A stretch of DNA of 64,000 nt from Candidatus Latescibacterota bacterium (lineage in GTDB: Bacteria; Latescibacterota; UBA2968; GCA-2709665), in the NCBI GenBank assembly GCA_965222075.1, contig OZ244937.1, forward strand, positions 4,576,001-4,640,000. The letters are read 5' to 3'. Position 1 is the stretch's first letter. Every line of letters begins with the position of its first letter. The translations under genes were made by a program, and so were the position numbers. Shown piece after piece: positions 48,038-56,357 of this stretch. The notes under the pieces are model-generated. The model was not told where the DNA came from. It did no database searches and was given only the letters and a program-made list of their open reading frames with translations.

Positions 48038-48095
48038 TGGATACAGGAGGCTCCAATGTTACTGGATTGGATACAGGAGGCTCCAACGGTACTGG
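48038..48095 (+). repeat. 28-nt tandem duplication (30-nt period) over the rny RBS/start
   Basis: TGGATACAGGAGGCTCCAATGTTACTGG versus TGGATACAGGAGGCTCCAACGGTACTGG. Confidence 0.9.
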
Positions 48096-49891
48096 CACCC
48101 TATTCAATGTGGTTTGCAGCTGCCGGTGCCTTCCTCCTCTTTGGACTTGGATGGTTTTTATGCGCCCGGGTCAAGGCTCGGAAGATCTGGGAAATCGAAC
48201 AACAGACCGAGCGGCGGATATCGAAACTGGTTGAGAAGGCGGATCGAGAGCGGAAGGCCGCATTCTTGGAAGAAAAAAACAAGTGGTATGATTCCAAGGC
48301 AAAATTCGAGCGGGAATTCGATCAGAAAAGGCGGGACCTGAATCGGTTGGGCGAGGAGTTAGAGGAGAAGGAGAGCGGGCTTGGGGAGCAGGTGGAGTCC
48401 AATCGGCAGCGCGAGAAGGCGTTGAATCGGTCGGAGCGGGAGGTGCGGCAGCGCGAGGGCCGTCTGGAGCAGCAGGGCCGGGAACTGGACCGGGTGCTTG
48501 CCGAACAACGCGCCCGGCTGGAACGCATTTCCAACATGAATATCGAGCATGCCAAAGAGATGCTTCTGGAGAATCTGCGATCTGAGCTTCAGCATACCGC
48601 CACTGCCATTGGGATGGACGTCATTGAGCAGGCGAAGGAGCGGGCCGAACGGGAATCCAAGCATATTATCGCACAGGCCATTGAGCGCTGTTCAACAGAT
48701 CAGACGGTGCAGTCTTCTATCTCGGTGGTTGCCCTTCCCGATGACGATATCAAGGGGCGGATTGTTGGAAAAGAAGGGCGTAACATCATCGCATTTGAAG
48801 CGGCCACGGGGGTCAAGGTGATTGTCAACGACACCCCGGAAGCGGTTGTCCTGTCGAGTTTTGATCCGGTGAAGCGGGATGTCGCCCGGCTGGCCATGGA
48901 GGAACTGGTCAAAGAAGGCCGGATTAATCCAAGCCGGGTTGAAGAGGTCGTGGCCGACTGTGAGCAGCGGGTTGAGTCCCTCATTGAGGAGGAGGGGCGG
49001 CAGGCGGTCAAAGAAGTGGGCATTGAGGATATGCACCCAGAGATTGTCAAGCTCCTGGGCCGTCTGAAGTATCGCACCAGTTATGGGCAGAGCCAGCTTG
49101 GACACTCCAAGGAGGTCGCCTTTTTGGCGGGCGCAATGGCTGCGGAGTTGCGGTTGAACGAGCGCCTTGCTCGGCGGGCCGGGCTGTTGCACGATATCGG
49201 CAAGGCGATTGTCGGGGTGGACCAGGAGGTGGAAGGCACGCACACCGATATCGGAGTGGAGTTGGTGCGAAGGTGTGGAGAGGCTCCCGAGGTAGAGAAT
49301 TCGATTCTCTACCAGCATGGAGATGCCGAAGCGACGACGCCGATTTCATTCCTGGTTAAGGCAGCCGATGCGATCTCTTCATCTCGTCCCGGCGCCCGTC
49401 GGGACGATGTGGAAGGATACATCAGGCGGGTTCGGGACTTAGAAGAGATTGCTCAGTCCTTCGAGGGGGTCAGGGATGCCTATGCGATCAACGCTGGCCG
49501 AGAAGTACGGGTGATGGTTAATGCCGGCCGGGTGGACGACGAGAAGGCGAAGACGCTTTCTTTTGAGATTGCCCAGCGCATCCGCGAGGAAATGACCTAT
49601 CCCGGGCAGATTCAGGTTACCGTTATTCGACACACCATTGCAACAGAGTGGACCGGCCGGTCCGGTAAACGCCGGAAGAGCAGGTCCAGAGGCCGAAGAG
49701 GGAGATCCTCGTATGAAAAGAGTAGGTCACGAAATGACGCTGACCGAAAAAATGTACCTTCCGGCAATCACAAAGGGGCTGTCGTTGACCTTCAAGCATC
49801 TGCTCGGCAAGAAGATCACGATGCAGTACCCCGAAGAAAAGTGGGAGAAACCGGAGGGATACCGCGGGCTACACAAGCTAACGAAGGATGA
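48056..49891 (+). CDS. rny: Ribonuclease Y with Arg/Ser-rich C-terminal extension
   Basis: N-terminal TM, coiled coil, KH motif KGRIVGKEGRNI, YRTSYGQ, HD motif LLHDIGK, AADAISSSRPGARR, YPGQIQVTVIR. Confidence 0.95.
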   Translation: MLLDWIQEAPTVLAPYSMWFAAAGAFLLFGLGWFLCARVKARKIWEIEQQTERRISKLVEKADRERKAAFLEEKNKWYDSKAKFEREFDQKRRDLNRLGEELEEKESGLGEQVESNRQREKALNRSEREVRQREGRLEQQGRELDRVLAEQRARLERISNMNIEHAKEMLLENLRSELQHTATAIGMDVIEQAKERAERESKHIIAQAIERCSTDQTVQSSISVVALPDDDIKGRIVGKEGRNIIAFEAATGVKVIVNDTPEAVVLSSFDPVKRDVARLAMEELVKEGRINPSRVEEVVADCEQRVESLIEEEGRQAVKEVGIEDMHPEIVKLLGRLKYRTSYGQSQLGHSKEVAFLAGAMAAELRLNERLARRAGLLHDIGKAIVGVDQEVEGTHTDIGVELVRRCGEAPEVENSILYQHGDAEATTPISFLVKAADAISSSRPGARRDDVEGYIRRVRDLEEIAQSFEGVRDAYAINAGREVRVMVNAGRVDDEKAKTLSFEIAQRIREEMTYPGQIQVTVIRHTIATEWTGRSGKRRKSRSRGRRGRSSYEKSRSRNDADRKNVPSGNHKGAVVDLQASARQEDHDAVPRRKVGETGGIPRATQANEG

Positions 49892-50210
49892 TCAGGGACG
49901 TCCCAAATGCGTGGCCTGCTATATGTGTGAGACGGCCTGCCCTGCAGAATGCATTACCATTGAGGCCTCTGAAGCCCCCTGGCCCGACCGTGAGAAGTAC
50001 CCGAAGCGGTTCGAAATAGACATGCTCCGGTGCATTTTCTGTGGCATGTGTGTGGAGGCCTGTCCAGAAGACGCCATTGTGATGACCGAACGGTCGGAAC
50101 TGGCAGCGGAGAACCGGGCGGATCTGATTTATACCAAGGAGATGCTGCTGGCTGTTGAAGACCGTGTGACCCTGACGCCCACGCGGAAACCGCTTGAAGA
50201 TGCCCATTGA
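49713..50210 (+). CDS. nuoI: NuoI-like 2[4Fe-4S] ferredoxin subunit (orphan)
   Basis: ITMQYPEE, YRGLH, CVACYMCETACP, IDMLRCIFCGMCVEACP, LIYTKE. Confidence 0.9.
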   Translation: MKRVGHEMTLTEKMYLPAITKGLSLTFKHLLGKKITMQYPEEKWEKPEGYRGLHKLTKDDQGRPKCVACYMCETACPAECITIEASEAPWPDREKYPKRFEIDMLRCIFCGMCVEACPEDAIVMTERSELAAENRADLIYTKEMLLAVEDRVTLTPTRKPLEDAH

Positions 50211-50239
50211 GTTCCCCAAAAAGGGCGGGGAGCAGCGTG

Positions 50240-50620
50240 ATGCCCGACGCGTATACCGAGATTGTCCTGGATCATTTTAAAAATCCTCGAAATGTCGGTA
50301 TGCTGCAGGACCCCGACGCCTTGGGCAGAGTTGAAAATCCTGCATCCGGGGCTTCGATCGTGCTCTACCTTCAGATCGTGGACGAGGTGGTTTCCCAGGC
50401 CACCTTTCAAACCCAGGGCTGTACCGCGACAATTGCCGCCAGTTCTATGCTAACAGAGATGGCGGTGGGCCGGAAGGTGGAGGAGGCAGAGGCAATTTCC
50501 CGGGTGGAGATAGAAGAGGCTCTGGGCGGGTTGCCACCCACGCGAAGGCATGCGGCTGCTCTGGCTGAAGATGCCGTCCGGGCTGCGGTTGTGGACTACC
50601 GGTTGCGGGTTCAAAGCTGA
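50240..50620 (+). CDS. IscU/NifU-N family scaffold-like protein (degenerate ligands)
   Basis: YTEIVLDHFKNPRNVG, FQTQGC..TIAASSMLTE, EALGGLP. Confidence 0.85.
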   Translation: MPDAYTEIVLDHFKNPRNVGMLQDPDALGRVENPASGASIVLYLQIVDEVVSQATFQTQGCTATIAASSMLTEMAVGRKVEEAEAISRVEIEEALGGLPPTRRHAAALAEDAVRAAVVDYRLRVQS

Positions 50621-50646
50621 TCTATTGGCGCAACGAAGTTAGGATA

Positions 50647-50678
50647 GGAGGGTAGGGCACGCCTGTGTCCTGCCCTCC
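50647..50678. terminator. 14-bp GC-rich hairpin between iscU and queG
   Basis: ggagggtagggcac-gcct-gtgtcctgccctcc; no U tract, so it may be a stability or pause hairpin. Confidence 0.45.
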
Positions 50679-50714
50679 TGTGGTTAAGTTGGTTCATACC
50701 AGAGATATCGGGCA

Positions 50715-51857
50715 ATGGCCAAAGTGGATGCTGCGAGAACGTTCCTGACCACGCAAATCAAGGCGCGGGCACATGAACTCGGGTTCGACCCGGTAGGCGT
50801 GGCTCCGGCAGAGCCCCCCGAACACTGGGCGTTTTACCTGGACTGGGTGGAGCGGGGGTACGCCGGAGAAATGGGGTATCTGGGCCGAAATCTGGAGAGG
50901 CGAGCCGATCCGCGAACCGTGGTGCCAGGCGCGAAATCGGTGCTGTGTGTGGGAATGAACTACGAGCCCAGGGAGGTCCCGCCGCCTGTTGATGACAGAC
51001 CCCGGGGGAGGGTTTCCCGGTACGCCCGGGGAGACGATTATCACGATGTGATGGTGGGAAGGCTCACCCGTCTGCTGGAGGAGATCCAGGCGCTGGCGCC
51101 TTCTGCTGCGGGGCGAGTCTACGTGGATACGGGGCCGGTGCTGGAGCGGGATTTCGCCGCGCGGGCAGGGATTGGGTGGTTTGGAAAGCACACCAATCTG
51201 ATTCACAAGGAGAAAGGATCCTGGTTTTTCTTAGGAGAGATTATTCTCACCCTGGACTTAGACTGCGATGCCCCGGTGATGGACCATTGCGGAACCTGCA
51301 CCCTGTGTATGGAGGCCTGCCCGACGGATGCGATCCCAGAACCATATGTGCTGGATTCAACGCGGTGTATTTCGTATCTTACCATCGAATTAAGAGGGGC
51401 CATTCCCAGGGAGCACCGGGTGGAGGTGGGGGACTGGATCTTCGGGTGTGATATCTGCCAGGAAGTCTGTCCGTGGAACCAGAAACAGGCCCGCCCGACG
51501 GACGAACCGGAGTTTCAGGCCCGGGAGGGTCTGGCATCGCCCGATCTGGCGGAGGTGTTGGGGCTGGATCAGGCCGCCTTCAGCCGACAGTTTAAGGGCA
51601 GCCCCATCAAGCGGGCGAAGCGCCGGGGCCTGCTGCGGAATGCTGCCGTAGCGCTGGGGAACACAGGGGGGGTGAAGGATGTTCGGGTGCTGGCAAAGTC
51701 GCTGCGCGATCCGGAGCCCTTGGTGAGGGGGCATGCGGCGTGGGCGCTGGGACAGATCGGGGGCCGTGAGGCGAAGAGGGTCCTGCAGGAGATGCTGCTG
51801 CAAGAACCCGATGATGAGGTCTGCAGGGAGATTCAGGTGGCGCTAGAGACGCTTTGA
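50715..51857 (+). CDS. queG: Epoxyqueuosine reductase
   Basis: SRYARGDDYH, VDTGPVLER, GSWFFLG, CGTCTLCMEACPT, RCISYLTIE, GCDICQEVCPWN; HEAT-repeat tail. Confidence 0.96.
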   Translation: MAKVDAARTFLTTQIKARAHELGFDPVGVAPAEPPEHWAFYLDWVERGYAGEMGYLGRNLERRADPRTVVPGAKSVLCVGMNYEPREVPPPVDDRPRGRVSRYARGDDYHDVMVGRLTRLLEEIQALAPSAAGRVYVDTGPVLERDFAARAGIGWFGKHTNLIHKEKGSWFFLGEIILTLDLDCDAPVMDHCGTCTLCMEACPTDAIPEPYVLDSTRCISYLTIELRGAIPREHRVEVGDWIFGCDICQEVCPWNQKQARPTDEPEFQAREGLASPDLAEVLGLDQAAFSRQFKGSPIKRAKRRGLLRNAAVALGNTGGVKDVRVLAKSLRDPEPLVRGHAAWALGQIGGREAKRVLQEMLLQEPDDEVCREIQVALETL

Positions 51858-51906
51858 AGAAGGTGTGCGGACAGGCACTGAGGGAAGACAACCAGAGGGA
51901 TATATT

Positions 51907-53304
51907 GTGGCTGAGGTCGAACTTTTAGAGATTGAACAGAGAGACCGGTGCGTTCCTGAGACGGCCGCCGAACAGGCCGTGGGCCGGCAGGTTTTTGTTG
52001 AGACGTATGGCTGCCAGATGAATCTATCGGATTCTGAGTTGATGATGGGGGCGCTGCAGCAGTCGGGATACCGACCCGCCCCCCGGCTTGAAGACGCCGA
52101 TGTGGTGCTTCTGAATACCTGTGCCATACGGGAACACGCACAGGAACGGGTGGTGGGCCGGCTGGCCCAGTTGAGTCGGCTTAAGATCAAACGGCCCGAT
52201 CTGGTCTTGGGGGTCTGCGGTTGTATGGCCAAACACCTTGCGAAAAACCTCTTAGACCGTGCGCCCTATGTGGACTTAGTGGCCGGGCCCGATTCCTACC
52301 GGCGCCTGTCGGAGCTGATCGCAGAGGTTTCCGGAGAACCGGCGCTGGACGTGAGGCTGGACCGGGACGAGGATTATCTGGGACTGGATCCGGTGCGGAA
52401 GGGGGGGACAAACGCCTGGGTGACGATTATGCGGGGGTGCGACAAGTTCTGTACCTTCTGTATTGTCCCCTACGTGCGCGGTCGGGAGCGGGGCGTGGCG
52501 GCGGCGGAGGTCGTGCGGCAGGTGGAGGGTGCGGCGGCGGAGGGATTTCAGGAGGTGACGCTGCTGGGCCAGACGGTGAATTCGTACTCCGACGCGCGGC
52601 ACGATTTTGCCGATCTGCTGCGGATGGTCGCCCGCGTGGACGGGATCCGGCGCATCCGGTTCACTTCGCCCCATCCGAGCGATTTTTCGGAGAAGGTCAT
52701 TGAGGCGATGGCGGCGGAGGAGAAGGTCTGCCGGTTTATCCACCTGCCGGTGCAGTCGGGGTCGGATGCGGTGCTGAAGGCGATGAAGCGGACCTATACG
52801 GTACGCGAATACCTGGACTTGGTGGACCGGCTGAGGGACGCGATGCCGGGGGTGTGCCTTTCGACGGATGTGATCGTGGGATTCCCGGGGGAAACGGAGG
52901 CGGATTTTGAGGCTACGCTCGCGTTGATGCGAACGGTGCGCTACGATTCGGCGTTTATGTTCAAGTATTCCCCCCGGAAGGGGACGGTGGCCTATCGGGA
53001 AATGCCGGATACGGTGTCCGAAACGGAGAAGGGGCGCCGGCTGGAAGCGGTGATCGCCTTACAGAACCGGATTTCCGAGGAGGTCAACCGGACCTACATC
53101 GGGCAGACACTGGAGGTGCTGGTGGAAGGGGATGCTCGGAAGGGCGCCGGGCAGGCTGCGGGGAAATCTGACGGGTTTAAGACCGTGGTGTTCCCCCGGA
53201 AAGGGGTTCGGGACAATACGTTTGTGGATGTGAAAATTACCGGCTCGACATCGCGTACGCTGGTGGGGGTTCTCACAGATGCGTCCACCGGGGAATGTCC
53301 ATGA
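51907..53304 (+). CDS. miaB: tRNA-2-methylthio-N6-dimethylallyladenosine synthase
   Basis: [47 protein letters not shown]; TRAM domain. Confidence 0.96.
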   Translation: MAEVELLEIEQRDRCVPETAAEQAVGRQVFVETYGCQMNLSDSELMMGALQQSGYRPAPRLEDADVVLLNTCAIREHAQERVVGRLAQLSRLKIKRPDLVLGVCGCMAKHLAKNLLDRAPYVDLVAGPDSYRRLSELIAEVSGEPALDVRLDRDEDYLGLDPVRKGGTNAWVTIMRGCDKFCTFCIVPYVRGRERGVAAAEVVRQVEGAAAEGFQEVTLLGQTVNSYSDARHDFADLLRMVARVDGIRRIRFTSPHPSDFSEKVIEAMAAEEKVCRFIHLPVQSGSDAVLKAMKRTYTVREYLDLVDRLRDAMPGVCLSTDVIVGFPGETEADFEATLALMRTVRYDSAFMFKYSPRKGTVAYREMPDTVSETEKGRRLEAVIALQNRISEEVNRTYIGQTLEVLVEGDARKGAGQAAGKSDGFKTVVFPRKGVRDNTFVDVKITGSTSRTLVGVLTDASTGECP

Positions 53305-54194
53305 TGTTTGAGATCGAAAACCAGAATCCGAAGCCCGGCCGTCGGCTACCGGACTGGTTTCGGGTGCCTGCGCCCGGGAACAAAGGCTACCGGAAACTGA
53401 AGCGGATGGTGGAGGATCTGGACCTGCACACGGTCTGCGAGAGCGCGCTGTGCCCCAATATCGGGGAGTGCTGGGGGGCAGGTACGGCCACGTTTATGAT
53501 TTTGGGGAATATCTGCACGCGAAGCTGCGGGTTTTGTGCGATTCAGACCGGGCGTCCCCAGGGCCTGGACCTGGAGGAGCCGGGGCGGGTAGCCGAGGCC
53601 GTGCAGTACCTGGGCCTCCAGCATGCGGTGGTGACGTCGGTCAACCGGGACGAACTCCCTGATGGGGGGGCTGCGATTTTTGCGGAGACCATCCGGGAGA
53701 TCCACCGGCTCTGTCCAGAGACGAGCGTGGAGGTGCTGGTTCCCGACTTTCAGGGCAACTGGGAGGCCCTGGGGGTGGTGATGGCGGCGGGGCCGGAAAC
53801 CCTGAACCACAACCTGGAGACGGTGCCGAGGCTCTACCGAATGATGCGTCCCCAGGCCAAGTACGCGCAGTCTCTGGAGCTGTTGCGGAGGACCAAGGAG
53901 ATGCGGCCCGATATTCTGACCAAGTCCGGCATTATGGTCGGCGCTGGGGAGACGCTGGAGGAGTTGCATCAGACGATCCGGGATATCGCTGTTCAGGGGA
54001 CAAATATTCTGACGGTGGGACAGTACCTCCAGCCCTCTCCCAGACATGTGCCTATTATGCGATTTTACCATCCGGATGAGTTTGTGGAATTGAAGCGGTT
54101 TGCCTGCGGTTTGGGGTTTCGGCACGTGGAATCGGGGCCTCTTGTGCGGAGTTCCTACCATGCGGCGGAGCAGGTCGAGAGGATTGAAGATTGA
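53295..54194 (+). CDS. lipA: Lipoyl synthase
   Basis: [46 protein letters not shown]. Confidence 0.97.
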   Translation: MSMMFEIENQNPKPGRRLPDWFRVPAPGNKGYRKLKRMVEDLDLHTVCESALCPNIGECWGAGTATFMILGNICTRSCGFCAIQTGRPQGLDLEEPGRVAEAVQYLGLQHAVVTSVNRDELPDGGAAIFAETIREIHRLCPETSVEVLVPDFQGNWEALGVVMAAGPETLNHNLETVPRLYRMMRPQAKYAQSLELLRRTKEMRPDILTKSGIMVGAGETLEELHQTIRDIAVQGTNILTVGQYLQPSPRHVPIMRFYHPDEFVELKRFACGLGFRHVESGPLVRSSYHAAEQVERIED

Positions 54195-54197
54195 ATA

Positions 54198-54620
54198 TTG
54201 CCAAGATTGCATATTGAAAAACCCTCAATTGTCAATTACAGGGGAAGGTGGACCGTGTTTGGCCTGAAGGGATGGAGAGAAAAAAAGGAGGTTGAAGATA
54301 AACGGGTCGAGGATGGGTTCGTCCGCGTGGCATCGGTTGCGGAGGTGCCTCCAGGCATGGGGAAGGTGGTGGTGATGAGGGGACGGGAGGTTGCCCTGTT
54401 TAATACGGCCGGCCGGTTTCATGCCATCGACAATATCTGTCCGCACAGTTATCGTCCCATCGGCACACTGGGGTTCGACGGGAAGCTGGTGACCTGCCTC
54501 TGGCACGGTTTGACATTCAACGTAGAGACCGGTGAGTGTCCCGAAGCGCCCCATTATCGGGTGCAGCATTACCGGGTGTGGGTGGAAGACGAAGATATTT
54601 TTCTGGTGCCGCCGGAGTAA
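54198..54620 (+). CDS. Rieske [2Fe-2S] ferredoxin
   Basis: AIDNICPH...VTCLWHG..F..ETG. Start uncertain (probably a later GTG). Confidence 0.88.
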   Translation: MPRLHIEKPSIVNYRGRWTVFGLKGWREKKEVEDKRVEDGFVRVASVAEVPPGMGKVVVMRGREVALFNTAGRFHAIDNICPHSYRPIGTLGFDGKLVTCLWHGLTFNVETGECPEAPHYRVQHYRVWVEDEDIFLVPPE

Positions 54621-54655
54621 ACGGACAGATTCACCGGTGGGCCTGAGCTTTTATG

Positions 54656-54684
54656 TTGACTTCAATTCGCAACTTGAATAAATT
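54656..54684 (+). promoter_or_regulatory. Putative sigma70 promoter with inverted repeat in the spacer
   Basis: TTGACT, 17 nt, TAAATT; TTCAA-N8-TTGAA dyad at 54661-54678. Confidence 0.45.
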
Positions 54685-54833
54685 GCCCTCAATATAGAGG
54701 ATCGGATGGCGTAGTTCAGCATGTGGAAAGCAAGGCGTTTCGCTGTGATGATGGAGACTGGAACTGTCTCAGGGGTGAAGACAACCAACGACTGCCTTCT
54801 CAATGCCGGTGGTTTCAGACCTGGAGGGTGAAA

Positions 54834-56234
54834 ATGAAAACCGATCACGTTGTTTGGGGGGGTGTTCTCCTGGTTATCATCGGGTGGTTGGGAGGGAGTC
54901 CGGCCGTTTACGGCCAGGGTAGTCAGGCCGTATCCCAGGCTCCAGCCGGGTATAGGGACATGCCTATGGTGAGCAGCGGGGGGCTTCAATTTTTTGTTGA
55001 TACGGCCGGCTTCCGGGGGCCGAAAGGCTATACGCGAGAGGAGGTCTATATCCTGATTGATGCCAAACAGCTCCAGTTTATTCCTGAAAAAAACTACCAA
55101 ATCGCGCAAATAGACCTGACGGTTACGTTGGCCGATTCGAGCGGTCGAACCGTTGAAAAAGAGACGTGGACCCGCAACGTTTCGGTTCGGGGTCTAAAGG
55201 ATATCCAGGGGGCGTTTGTGCCCTTCAGGGATGTTGCCCGGTTTGACCTTCCGCCGGGCGAGTATCGAATGGTGTGCACGATCGAGGATTTATATGGGGA
55301 CAAGCAGGGAACGTGTGAAGGCGTATTGAAGGTTCCTGATTTTGAGGGGGAATCGCTGGTGGCCAGCGATATTCTGTTCGCAACAAAGCTGGAACAGACC
55401 GACAGTGAGGGACGGTTTGTCAAGTATGGATGGAATGTGGTGCCCAATACAACCCGTCGCTATTTTGCCGGCAACCCCCTGCGGTTCTATTTTGAGATTT
55501 ATAACCTTGCAATCCATTCCGACAGACCGGGCAACTCCTTTGTTCTGGGTTACAGTTTAAGGGATTCCTCAGGAACACCTCTCAGAACGTATCCCACCAA
55601 GCGGGTGATCAAATCCGGAAAGAGTATTGTGAAGATGGATACGCTGGATACCGAGGGGCTGGAGGGGGGACCCTACTATTTTCAAGTGGATGCCTTCGAC
55701 CGGAGCAGCCGGGAACACATCCGCAAGCATCGGATGGTTTTTATGGCGGCTCAACAACGGCCGCAGGAGCTGACTCAGGAGCAGAAGGATCAGCTCCGGT
55801 TCTATAAGGATGTCCGCTATATTGCTTCGAAGAACGAGCTTGATACCTATAAGAAACTGGAAACTCAGGAAGATAGTCTACGGTTTGTAAGGGTGTTCTG
55901 GAAGAAGCTGGACCCGACGCCGGAGACCCCGTTCAACGAGCGGGCGGCTGAACACATGCAGCGGATGCGCTACACGGAGAACAATTTTTCAGGAGGGCAT
56001 AAAAAGCGGGGATCGGATACGGACAAGGGGCGGATCTATATCAAATATGGACCACCCGACGATATTGAGCGCAATATCGGCGTTGGGCAGAAGCCGTACG
56101 AGGTCTGGTACTATGAGCGGCAGGGTCGTTGGGAGTTTATCTTCCGGGATCGCCGGGGGGTGGGCACTTACGTCCTGGTACACTCCACGTATCCCGGAGA
56201 GATTTACAATCCGGGCTGGCAGGATGAGTTGTAA
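54834..56234 (+). CDS. GWxTD domain-containing protein
   Basis: Signal peptide; FWKKLDPTPETPFNE, GSDTDKGRIYIKYGPPD, PYEVWYY, FIFRD. Confidence 0.88.
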   Translation: MKTDHVVWGGVLLVIIGWLGGSPAVYGQGSQAVSQAPAGYRDMPMVSSGGLQFFVDTAGFRGPKGYTREEVYILIDAKQLQFIPEKNYQIAQIDLTVTLADSSGRTVEKETWTRNVSVRGLKDIQGAFVPFRDVARFDLPPGEYRMVCTIEDLYGDKQGTCEGVLKVPDFEGESLVASDILFATKLEQTDSEGRFVKYGWNVVPNTTRRYFAGNPLRFYFEIYNLAIHSDRPGNSFVLGYSLRDSSGTPLRTYPTKRVIKSGKSIVKMDTLDTEGLEGGPYYFQVDAFDRSSREHIRKHRMVFMAAQQRPQELTQEQKDQLRFYKDVRYIASKNELDTYKKLETQEDSLRFVRVFWKKLDPTPETPFNERAAEHMQRMRYTENNFSGGHKKRGSDTDKGRIYIKYGPPDDIERNIGVGQKPYEVWYYERQGRWEFIFRDRRGVGTYVLVHSTYPGEIYNPGWQDEL

Positions 56235-56357
56235 GACAGGGGCAGGGATCGGGGGTCAGGTCCCCCGCCCTTCCTATCCGAAAGATTCAAACCGTCGAAG
56301 TGAATGTCTTATTGGGTATGAGCGTTACGCGCTATCATTCGAGGTATAAAGAGGATT

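Noticed and set aside
47730-48050. Possible 6S RNA upstream of rny (a common location), and the 167-aa ORF 47838-48341
   Set aside because: No long complementary rod structure found by eye and no zapA; the ORF overlaps rny out of frame without motifs.
48038-48095. Direct repeat considered as a mini-CRISPR
   Set aside because: Only two adjacent copies with a 2-nt gap, no spacer and no cas genes.
54706-54780. tRNA-like start GGCGTAGTTCAG and glycine-riboswitch-like CTCAGG
   Set aside because: No T-arm (GTTCRA), acceptor stem or GCCGAAG core could be formed.
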